Shown: positions 38,805-47,045 of the stretch, piece by piece
Layout of the letters: each line of letters starts with the position of its first letter
How positions within the stretch are numbered: the first letter of the stretch is position 1
DNA from: a bacterium
Lineage (GTDB): Bacteria > J088 > JAWLBW01
Assembly: GCA_041690355.1 (NCBI GenBank)
Contig: JAWLHK010000006.1
Location: forward strand, 124,001 to 188,000
Direction of reading: 5' to 3'
Length of the DNA stretch: 64,000 nt
Notes under the pieces: generated by a model
Database searches by the model: none
Seen by the model: only the letters and a program-made list of their open reading frames with translations
Told to the model about the DNA's origin: nothing
Translations under genes and position numbers: made by a program

Positions 38805-39644
38805 TTACGGGAGCTGAATGGTTTTTTCGGCCAGAAGGGCGCGACTGTCGGCGTCGGTGAAGACGGCGCGCAAGGTCCCCCCTGAGGCCTTGATCCCGGC
38901 CGGCGGCGCCCAGGGAAGCCGCATTTCGCGTTCGGCATTGGGCACATAAACGGCGATGCCTGCGTGGTGCGCCAATTCGTGTTTCTCGCCGTCGGCCGTC
39001 GTCAGGGTGACGGCGAGGTCGCCGTATACGGAACGGTTTCCCGTTCGCACGAGCACGATCTGCATGACCGGGTCGCCTGACGGCAGACGCACCAGCCGCA
39101 GCGCGCCGACGCGTACCTCGGCCGCCGTGGACCCCTGGCGCACGATCACGGGGATAGAGACGCCGTAGACCGGAATGAGGTTGATCGAGATGCCGTCATC
39201 CGGGGCCGATGCCGGCGTGACCCGCGGGATCGAGCGGAACGAAAGGTGGGCGCGGTACTCGCCGGCTGCGAGGCCTGCAGGTTTGCGCAGCTGGACCCGC
39301 ACGGTCTGCGATTCGCCGGGCGCCAGTTCAATCTGCCGCGGATAAAATCGAAGCATGGACGCGGCGAAGGGTTCGGCGGAGGCCTCGGCGGGTGCCGGCT
39401 CGAAGCTGCCGAGCCGGGTCATCACCCGGTTTTCGAGGCTGATTCGGTAGGTCGCGGGGTCCTGGCCTGTATTCACGAGGCCGACTTCAAGCGAACGCCG
39501 ATTGCCTTCAAACACGAGCCGGGTCGGGGTGACGAGAAGGTCGCCCGGCGCGCCGGCCGCCGCGTCAACGGCGACGATGAGGGGAAGGCACAGAACGGTA
39601 AGCAGGTACCGGACTGGCTGCCGGCGATGATGAGAGAAAGTCAT
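38805..39644 (-). CDS. Periplasmic pilus chaperone (PapD-like)
   Basis: LLVTPTRLVF...LVNTG...PRQIELAPGESQTVRV...GEYRAHL...GNRSVYGD. Confidence 0.8.
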   Translation of the reverse strand: MTFSHHRRQPVRYLLTVLCLPLIVAVDAAAGAPGDLLVTPTRLVFEGNRRSLEVGLVNTGQDPATYRISLENRVMTRLGSFEPAPAEASAEPFAASMLRFYPRQIELAPGESQTVRVQLRKPAGLAAGEYRAHLSFRSIPRVTPASAPDDGISINLIPVYGVSIPVIVRQGSTAAEVRVGALRLVRLPSGDPVMQIVLVRTGNRSVYGDLAVTLTTADGEKHELAHHAGIAVYVPNAEREMRLPWAPPAGIKASGGTLRAVFTDADSRALLAEKTIQLP

Positions 39645-39660
39645 GGGTGCACCTCGAGAG

Positions 39661-39694
39661 AAGAAAACAGGCGGGCACCCGCGTGGTGCCCGCC
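39661..39694 (-). terminator. Intrinsic terminator or attenuator after the pilin genes
   Basis: GGCGGGCACC-loop-GGTGCCCGCC followed by TGTTTTCTT on the minus strand. Confidence 0.7.
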
Positions 39695-39707
39695 CGTGGA
39701 CAATGGC

Positions 39708-40217
39708 TCAGTTGTAGTCGACCGAGACCGAGAACGTGCCGGTATAGTTGCCGGCCGGTTGATTGGCGCCGACGTGCAGCGTCGCACCCACCGTGAGCGT
39801 CTGCGTGCCCCCGGTCAGCGCCCCCGTACCTGCAGGCTGACTCGTGAAGGTGTCGACGGTCATGTTGTTCGTGCCGCCGTCAGTCAGTGTCGTCGGGGTT
39901 GACGGGAGCGTGATGGCGTACGTCGCCGTCCCATCGCCGCTCACGGTGAACGAGGCGGGGCCCCCGGTGTTGACGTTCGACAGCGTGACGCCGCCCGTTT
40001 TCGACCGTGTGCCGGTGGCGGTCAAGACCACGGTGCCCACCGAACTCCCCGCGGCGACGTTGCCGAAGCGAAGGTTGTCGACTTTGCTGATGGAAATCGC
40101 AGAGACGATGTTGGCCGTCGCATCGGCCGTCGTCGAAGCCGCGCGTGCCTGTGTCGTTGCGAAGGGGGCGCTGAGAATGGCCGCGGCTGAAAGCGCGAGC
40201 ATGCGGAACCGTTTCAT
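39708..40217 (-). CDS. DUF4402-like secreted pilin subunit
   Basis: Signal peptide; LRFGNV...VGATLHVGANQPAGNYTGTFSVSVDYN (penultimate Tyr). Confidence 0.82.
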   Translation of the reverse strand: MKRFRMLALSAAAILSAPFATTQARAASTTADATANIVSAISISKVDNLRFGNVAAGSSVGTVVLTATGTRSKTGGVTLSNVNTGGPASFTVSGDGTATYAITLPSTPTTLTDGGTNNMTVDTFTSQPAGTGALTGGTQTLTVGATLHVGANQPAGNYTGTFSVSVDYN

Positions 40218-40281
40218 AGCTTAGAACTCCTGTCGTTGGTTGTTTTGGGGTATGGGGCCGGGGTCCGGCCCCGGTGAGAAG

Positions 40282-40788
40282 TCAGTTGTAATCCACCGAA
40301 ACCGAGAAGGTGCCGGTATAGGCGCCCGCAGGCTGGTTTGCGCCGACGTGAAGCGTCGCGCCCACGGCTACCGATTGCGAGCCGCCGCTCAGCGTGCCGG
40401 AACCCGACGGATTGCTCGTGAACGTATCGACGGTCATGGTGTTGGTGCCGCCGTCGCTGAGGGTCACGGCGCTGCCGGGCAGCGTAATCGCGAAGCTCGC
40501 CGAGCCGTCGCCGCTCACCGTGAATGATGCAGGACCCCCGGCGTTGACGTTCGACAGCGTGACGCCGCCGGTCTTGGTCCGGGTGCCGGTAGGCGACTGC
40601 ACGACGGTGCCGATCGAGCTCCCGGCGGCTACGTTGCCGAACCGCAGATCGTTGGTCTTGCTGATACCGATCGTCGAGACGATGGTGGCGGTCGCGTCTG
40701 CCGAGGTCGAGGCCGCCTGGGCCGTCTGTCGAACGAGCGTCGCCGACAGAAGAACCGCGAGGGCGACGAGCGCCAGATTTCTTTTCAT
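40282..40788 (-). CDS. DUF4402-like secreted pilin subunit (close paralogue)
   Basis: Mature region nearly identical to 39708-40217; AAGGAG RBS. Confidence 0.82.
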   Translation of the reverse strand: MKRNLALVALAVLLSATLVRQTAQAASTSADATATIVSTIGISKTNDLRFGNVAAGSSIGTVVQSPTGTRTKTGGVTLSNVNAGGPASFTVSGDGSASFAITLPGSAVTLSDGGTNTMTVDTFTSNPSGSGTLSGGSQSVAVGATLHVGANQPAGAYTGTFSVSVDYN

Positions 40789-40854
40789 ACATACTCCTTT
40801 GGGTTGGTGCGGCGGTGAGCCGCGCTTTGCGGGACAAACGCGTCCGACAAATCG

Positions 40855-43800
40855 TTAGGGAAGCTGCTGCATCATCATGCGTACCTGTTCGGCCGAAGCG
40901 TGACGGGGGGCCACTTTCAGGAATCTGGAAAACGCCTTTTTCGCTGCCGGTATCTCGCCCTGGTCGACGAGCAGGACGCCCAGGCCCAGATTCGCTTCTG
41001 CATGACGGGGGTCTTTCTGGAGCGCACGCTCAAGCGCGCTCCTCGCTTTGCTGGTTTCTCCCGAGTCGTAATAGGCGCGGCCCAGTTCGGCCAGGTAGGC
41101 GCTCTTCGGCTCGAGACTGACGGCCTGTTCAAGAAGCCGGATGGCGCTGGCAAAGTCGGCGGCCGCGTATTTCTGCCGCCCCTCTTTATACAGGGCGGCC
41201 GCCCGCCTGGTGTTTTCGTTTTCACCACGAGCCGGGCCGCTTTCACGCACAGCGGTCGGCTGCCGTTTCGGGGCAGGAGCGACAGCCGGTTTCTGTGCCG
41301 ACGAGGGCGCCGCCTTCGGTTTCTGCGCGGCCGGAGCGGGGGGCTCCTTCGCCGGCTGGACATGAACTTGAGCAGCCATCGGCTCTGGAGGCTCGACATG
41401 CTGCGGTGGCGGCGGCTGGACAGGTTCTACCGCGACGGCAGGGGTTTCCGGCGCCGGGTCGACCTTCGTCAGGGTGGCGACCGGTTGCGCGGCCGTGTCC
41501 GGGGCGGGCTGGTGCGCCATGTCGGGCGCCGGCTTCACGGCGGCTGTGGCCGCTACCATGGCGATATCGGGGGCAGGGGATGGCCTGTCGACGATCCCGA
41601 CCGTCACCCCCCCGCCGAGAACGAGGCCGGCGAGAAGCGCGCCCGCCGGCAGCGGAAAACGGGCTCTGAATGACCGGGCGTGCGCCAGCGATTCGGTAAG
41701 CTGCCGGACTTTTTCAATGCCTTCCCGTAGCCGACCGTCGGTATCATCGAAGCGTTTCTTCCACTCGGCGCTCTGGGCCGCCAGCTCTGCAAGGCTCCGC
41801 TCTCCGGCGCTCACGCGCGCCTGCTGCTCTCCATGTTTGGCCTGCCACGAGGCGGCCTCGGAGGCGGCGGCCGTCAACAGTGCCGAGAGGCGCTCGATCT
41901 CGGTCGCCTGTGATTTCTGCCGTTCCTTGGCGTCAGATACCTGTTCTCGGGCATCGTCCAGAGCGCGTTGCAGTTCGGCGATTTCGCCGGCGCTGACCTC
42001 CAGCGAAACGCGCGTCGACTTGAGCTCGTCATACAGGGTTTTTCGAGCCTCAGCCGCCGTATCGCGCTCGGCATGCAGGTCGGCGATCTCCTTTTGGAGT
42101 CGTTGTACGCTTTGCCGCAGATCAGCCTGTACGGCAGAACTGCGCTCGGCGTCGGCCCGCAGCGAACGTTCGCGTTCGGTCGCCTTCTGCAGGGCTGTGT
42201 TCGCGCGTGACAGCTCGGCTTCTAAGGCCCCTTTGGCTGCCGCGGCACTGTCGATCGCTGTCCGTTGTTCGCGAATACGCCCCTGCAGCCGTTCGGCATC
42301 CCGTTGCAGGGTAACTATCTGCCCTTGAAGCGCGGCTTCGCGGGCCGAAGCGTCGCCGACGCTCTTTTCAAGGGCCCTGAGCTTCTCAACGAGAACATCG
42401 CGTTCTCCATGGCTCTGCTCGAGAAGGACTCGGGCGGCCTCCAGCTCTCGCTGACGGTTATCGATCTCCCGATTCGACGCCGTCAAACTCTTCTGGAGCC
42501 CCGCCAGAGACTCGCGCAGCGCCTTCGCGCTGGTTTCGGCGACGGCGGTTGACTGGCGCTGTTGTTCGACGGCGGCATCTCTGGCGGCCAGTTGCGCCGC
42601 AGACTTCGCCTTCTCCTCCCGGGCCGCTTCGAGGCTGGCGGTAAGGGAAGACTTGTCACGGACCAGGTCTGCAATGACTTTGCGCAGTCGCTCGGCCTCT
42701 GCTTTGACGGAGCGATGGCTGCGCTCGGTTTCGGTGATGCGCTGTCGCAATTCCTCTGCTTCCGCACGCGGCCCCGAGGGTTCGGCCGCCGCCTCGAGTG
42801 TCCCCAGGGCGATCAGAGGTGTGGCCGGTCTCTGATCGGCCGTTCCCTGCGAGGGGGCCGACTTGACCTTCATCAGGGTCATGGCGGCCTGCAGGTCAAG
42901 GTTTTCCTGGTGAAGCTTGTCGACGGTCGCGTTCAGAACAAGTACTTCGGTCTTGAGCTCTCCGATGATCTGCTGATGCGCCGCCTGGATCGGATTGCCC
43001 TCGGGCGGTTCGATAGCACCGGGAGGCGGGTCGGCCTGCTCTGCGCTTTCGAGTTCGAGCAGTCCGCGCAGATAGAGGGATGCCGTCCGTCGGGCGAGTT
43101 CGAGGTGCGTATGCCCCGTACCGAGAACTTCATCCAGGGCCGCGCCGGATGCGTACCGGCGAAGAAGGTCGCCGTCGCGCGGCGAGACCGGGTGTAGAAG
43201 GCGGGCCGCGAGACGGTCGTTGCGCGGCGGCAGTACCCGGAAAAAAAGTTCCCACGCCGAAACGTTTTTCAGCCAGAAGTCGAACACCCGGTCGAGCGGG
43301 AGCGCCACGTTGGGCGCAGCCTCGAATCCGGAGATTGCCCTGCAGGTCGCCCCGTGCAGAGTCAGAAGCGACTTCACGGCACGGTCCCCCTGATCGCGAT
43401 CATTCGCGGCGTACACGACCTTATTTTCAGAAAATCCAAGAACCCCGTTGGCCGTTCCGTTGCCCACGCGTACGTAAAACGGCTCCGTCGCCCGCGGGGC
43501 GGCGAAAAGGGATCGGAACAAATCGTCGACGCTCAGATCAAAATCGTGCATGCCCGCCGCAAAGGCCGGAGCCGCGCCCGTGAACATGAACTCGTTGAGC
43601 TTCTGAAAGTAGCGTACTCTGCTCAGCAGATCTCCATACTCAAAGGGAGCTTCGAGAAAATCGTCTGCGCCGGCTGAAAAGCATTCGAGCTTAAGTACGT
43701 CACTTCGCAGGGCGCTGAACAGAACGATTGGCAGATAGGGCCGAGCCGACCTGCGTTTCAGCCGTGAGCAGGTTTCCGGGCCGTCAAGGCCGGCGAGTGA

Positions 43801-43965
43801 CGCGTTAAGAAGAACAAGGTCGGTCGACGGGTTCAGGCGCTGCAGTGCCTCGGAACCGTCTTCGGCCGGCGTGACGGAAAAGTCGTCGTCGGTCAGGCGT
43901 CGAACCAGATCGGCCCGGTTGCGCGAGAGTCCGTCGACATAGAGGATGTGAAACGAACCGCTCAA
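40855..43965 (-). CDS. Pseudo-receiver / coiled-coil / TM / Pro-rich / TPR membrane protein
   Basis: REC fold with DLVLLN; long heptad-rich region; LLAGLVLGGGVTVGIV; C-terminal TPRs. Confidence 0.78.
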   Translation of the reverse strand: MSGSFHILYVDGLSRNRADLVRRLTDDDFSVTPAEDGSEALQRLNPSTDLVLLNASLAGLDGPETCSRLKRRSARPYLPIVLFSALRSDVLKLECFSAGADDFLEAPFEYGDLLSRVRYFQKLNEFMFTGAAPAFAAGMHDFDLSVDDLFRSLFAAPRATEPFYVRVGNGTANGVLGFSENKVVYAANDRDQGDRAVKSLLTLHGATCRAISGFEAAPNVALPLDRVFDFWLKNVSAWELFFRVLPPRNDRLAARLLHPVSPRDGDLLRRYASGAALDEVLGTGHTHLELARRTASLYLRGLLELESAEQADPPPGAIEPPEGNPIQAAHQQIIGELKTEVLVLNATVDKLHQENLDLQAAMTLMKVKSAPSQGTADQRPATPLIALGTLEAAAEPSGPRAEAEELRQRITETERSHRSVKAEAERLRKVIADLVRDKSSLTASLEAAREEKAKSAAQLAARDAAVEQQRQSTAVAETSAKALRESLAGLQKSLTASNREIDNRQRELEAARVLLEQSHGERDVLVEKLRALEKSVGDASAREAALQGQIVTLQRDAERLQGRIREQRTAIDSAAAAKGALEAELSRANTALQKATERERSLRADAERSSAVQADLRQSVQRLQKEIADLHAERDTAAEARKTLYDELKSTRVSLEVSAGEIAELQRALDDAREQVSDAKERQKSQATEIERLSALLTAAASEAASWQAKHGEQQARVSAGERSLAELAAQSAEWKKRFDDTDGRLREGIEKVRQLTESLAHARSFRARFPLPAGALLAGLVLGGGVTVGIVDRPSPAPDIAMVAATAAVKPAPDMAHQPAPDTAAQPVATLTKVDPAPETPAVAVEPVQPPPPQHVEPPEPMAAQVHVQPAKEPPAPAAQKPKAAPSSAQKPAVAPAPKRQPTAVRESGPARGENENTRRAAALYKEGRQKYAAADFASAIRLLEQAVSLEPKSAYLAELGRAYYDSGETSKARSALERALQKDPRHAEANLGLGVLLVDQGEIPAAKKAFSRFLKVAPRHASAEQVRMMMQQLP

Positions 43966-45425
43966 GAATTGCCCGCGTCGAGACAGGTACCGGCTTCCTG
44001 AAAAGCGATGAGTCGCTGGATCCAGCGTGCGACTGAGCGCTCCATCAATCGCTGTCTGAAGTACTGTTGATAGCTCGAGATTGCAAACGGCTCAACGTGC
44101 AGCCGAAGGCCGATCCGGTAGCGCGAGTCGATGGGTTGGCAGAAGCGCACGTCAGCCTGAAACGGATAGGAACGGATGGCACTCGACGACACCAGGGTTC
44201 CCCGCAAGCGGTAGCCGGGGGGTAACGGCGTGGTCGCCGCGACCGTGCAGAAGTTCAATCCGAGCTGAAGGCCGGCGGCCAGAATGTTCTCGCCCGTGTC
44301 ATGGACGAGCCGGGCCGTGAATCGTTCGGCGATAAGCGGTAGCTCCCGTTCTGTACCTGCGAACAGGATGCGATGAACTTCCTCGACCTTCGCCAGGTCC
44401 TGCGGGATTCTGAAGAGGGCGTGGCATCCCGTCGCCGCAGCCTCGTAACGATCGCGGGGCACGTCGCCGTCGAGCAATCCGATGATGAGTGCGCGTGACG
44501 CATGTCTTGCGAGGAGCTTCAGTGATGACACATCGCACGCGTTCACATCAACGACAAACATCTGTGGCATGTCAACCAGAAGGTCGGGCACGTGGGGCAA
44601 CGAACTGCTTGAGATGCGGTAGCGCTGCCACGCCTTTTCGAGTGCCGGCGGGATATCGGGCACGCAAATTGCGCGAACTTCACTCACCCTTCGCTCTTCG
44701 GTGATGGTGGCGCAGAGGCGCCTGGCGTCTGCAACTGACGGACCGTCGAACCTGACCCCGATGATGGATAACTGGTTGGGTGTCCAGGTCAACTCATCGG
44801 GACGCAGGCCGGTGAGTTCGAGACGATCGCTGACGTGACGCACTGTCCCGCTGAGTCGATAACTGGTGCCCGCGTAGCGCAATCCGAGCGACAGAGGATC
44901 GTCGGCCGCAAGACCTGCTTCACCCAGAAACATCACACCATGGTTGGATACGTTGAGTACCAGACCCTCCTTGTTTGCTCCGTCATGCTCAATGATGGCC
45001 GGTATCTGCGTGCGCCAGCGCATTTCGCGTCTGGCCTCAGAAAGGTCGAGAATGACCCCTCCGCCGAGGATGAGGGCATTCAGTGTCAGCGCATCCGGCG
45101 GCCAGGGGGCCGAGATGACGCCGAACTTCTCGGCGAGCAGTCGCGTGAGCGCGCGATCGCGCATGGCGACCAGAATCGTTCGTGCGGGTTGTCGCGATGT
45201 AAGTATCGAAAGGAGCCTTTCGGCAGGGGCCGGGTCGTCGTAACCGGCGAGAAGGACGGCGTCAAACGGCTGCTGCTCTTGCATTGCAGTGAGCCCTTCT
45301 TCATCTGCCGCTTGGTAGATGTCGAAGGGGCAGGCAAGGGCAAGCTCTTTTGTCCAGGAAGAGTCAGGTTGCGGCGAAACGACGAGAACGCGTATTGAAG
45401 TCGGTGATTCGGAATGCAGATACAT
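43962..45425 (-). CDS. PilZ-domain protein with degenerate receiver-like and second PilZ-like segments
   Basis: RREMR plus NVSNHG; start placed downstream of the sigma54 promoter. Confidence 0.7.
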   Translation of the reverse strand: MYLHSESPTSIRVLVVSPQPDSSWTKELALACPFDIYQAADEEGLTAMQEQQPFDAVLLAGYDDPAPAERLLSILTSRQPARTILVAMRDRALTRLLAEKFGVISAPWPPDALTLNALILGGGVILDLSEARREMRWRTQIPAIIEHDGANKEGLVLNVSNHGVMFLGEAGLAADDPLSLGLRYAGTSYRLSGTVRHVSDRLELTGLRPDELTWTPNQLSIIGVRFDGPSVADARRLCATITEERRVSEVRAICVPDIPPALEKAWQRYRISSSSLPHVPDLLVDMPQMFVVDVNACDVSSLKLLARHASRALIIGLLDGDVPRDRYEAAATGCHALFRIPQDLAKVEEVHRILFAGTERELPLIAERFTARLVHDTGENILAAGLQLGLNFCTVAATTPLPPGYRLRGTLVSSSAIRSYPFQADVRFCQPIDSRYRIGLRLHVEPFAISSYQQYFRQRLMERSVARWIQRLIAFQEAGTCLDAGNS

Positions 45426-45464
45426 AAGACACCCGAGAAAATCCGAAGGAGAACTCGGGTGACT

Positions 45465-45481
45465 AGCAAGACGCATACCAA
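45465..45481 (-). promoter_or_regulatory. Sigma54 (-24/-12) promoter
   Basis: TTGGTATGCGTCTTGCT, GG-N10-GC. Confidence 0.8.
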
Positions 45482-45535
45482 GGGTCCTCTTGGTGTACTG
45501 CTATGGGACGCCTTGGGAAATTCGAACCAGGAGAC

Positions 45536-45582
45536 GTCGCAACTTCGCGACGCGCGTTCGATATGTGTCGCAGGCGTGCGAC
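45536..45582. promoter_or_regulatory. Tandem enhancer (UAS) palindromes
   Basis: GTCGC-N6-GCGAC at 45536-45551 and 45567-45582, 31 bp apart. Confidence 0.7.
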
Positions 45583-45591
45583 GGGTTCCGG

Positions 45592-46923
45592 TCAGTCGGC
45601 GAGCTTTCGATAGAGTGTAGAGCGATCGATCCCGAGCAGGGTTGCCGCATGGTCCCGGTTGCCGCCTGCGCGATCGAGTACGCTTCTGATGTACTGACGT
45701 TCGAAATGCCGGATGGCTTCTTTGAGTGAGAGGCCACCCTGTGCATTCTTGAGAGTCTGAATTTCGGGCGGGAAATGATCGAGCGACAGATATCCGCCGG
45801 TGTGATAGAGAAGCGCCCGTTCGAGCGCGTTGCGAAGTTCCCGCACGTTGCCCGGCCAGTCATAGGCCAGGAGCGCGTGCATGGTTTCGTTCGCAATGCC
45901 GTATACCGGCTTGCCGAGGTCGCGGTTAACCGATTCGAGCAGCGCGGCGGCCAGATAGGGGATGTCGGCCTTTCGATCTCGCAACGGGGGGACCGTAATC
46001 TCGACGACACGCAGGCGATAGTACAGGTCTTCGCGAAACGACCCCGCCTGCACCATGTCTGCAAGGGACCGGTTGGTCGCGGCGATGAACCGTACGTCGA
46101 CGGGGGTCGCGGCCCCGGCCCCCACGCGGAAAACCTCTTTTTGCTCGATGACCCGCAGAAGTTTCGCCTGGAGCAAGGGTGGGAGCTCACCGATTTCATC
46201 CAGAAAAACTGATCCGCCGTGCGCCCGTTCGATGAGCCCGGGTTTGTCGCGGATGGCGCCCGTAAATGCCCCCCTGACTACACCGAAGAGTTCCGATTCA
46301 AAAAGCGCGTCGGGTATTGCCGCACAATTCACGGGAACGAAGGCACCCTGTGCCGTTGGCGGCTGCAGGTGAATCTCGCGTGCAACCAGTTCTTTACCGG
46401 TGCCTGTTTCGCCACGGATCAACACGGTCGACTTGGTACCGGCGAGGACCGAGATTGCACGGTGCACCTCTTGCATTGCCGGAGAGGAGCCCGACAGGTA
46501 CTTGTCAGTCGGGGTTCCGGACAGTGACCGGCGCAGCGCAGTCTGCGACTCGGCTGCTTTCCGGTGCGTTGTGAGTCTGTCAATCTTATCGAGAAGTTCT
46601 GCGATATCGACGGGTTTCAGGAGAAAATCGACAGCCCCTTCGCGAAACGCCCGCAGCGCCGTGTCGAGGGTTGCAAAAGCGGTGATCAGGATAAACTGGG
46701 TCGTCGGAAGGATAGCCCGTAACTCGGCCATGAGTTCCAGGCCGTTTCGGTCTGGCAGCGCGATGTCACAGAGAACGAGATGTGGAAGCCACTCCCGAGC
46801 GAGGGCCAGAGCCGCCGCGCACGTTTCGGCTCCGGCTGCGTCGTATCCGCTCTCGGCCGCGATTGCAGTGAGCTCTTCGCGAAGCATCGGTTCGTCTTCT
46901 ACGATGAGCACTCGAAAATCCAT
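45592..46923 (-). CDS. Sigma54-dependent response regulator (NtrC/Fis family)
   Basis: REC domain; GETGTGKE, ESELFG, GAFTGA, FREDLYYRL, WPGNVREL; Fis-type HTH. Confidence 0.96.
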   Translation of the reverse strand: MDFRVLIVEDEPMLREELTAIAAESGYDAAGAETCAAALALAREWLPHLVLCDIALPDRNGLELMAELRAILPTTQFILITAFATLDTALRAFREGAVDFLLKPVDIAELLDKIDRLTTHRKAAESQTALRRSLSGTPTDKYLSGSSPAMQEVHRAISVLAGTKSTVLIRGETGTGKELVAREIHLQPPTAQGAFVPVNCAAIPDALFESELFGVVRGAFTGAIRDKPGLIERAHGGSVFLDEIGELPPLLQAKLLRVIEQKEVFRVGAGAATPVDVRFIAATNRSLADMVQAGSFREDLYYRLRVVEITVPPLRDRKADIPYLAAALLESVNRDLGKPVYGIANETMHALLAYDWPGNVRELRNALERALLYHTGGYLSLDHFPPEIQTLKNAQGGLSLKEAIRHFERQYIRSVLDRAGGNRDHAATLLGIDRSTLYRKLAD

Positions 46924-47045
46924 CGGCCTCGAAATAAATTCCGTTTTTTGCGGGGAGACAGTCGCATTTCTGCACCGGACACACGGGGCGGCGTTGCCGT
47001 CGGGCAGCCCATTCAATAAGCATGCCCGGCGCCGGCAGGCCCCTG

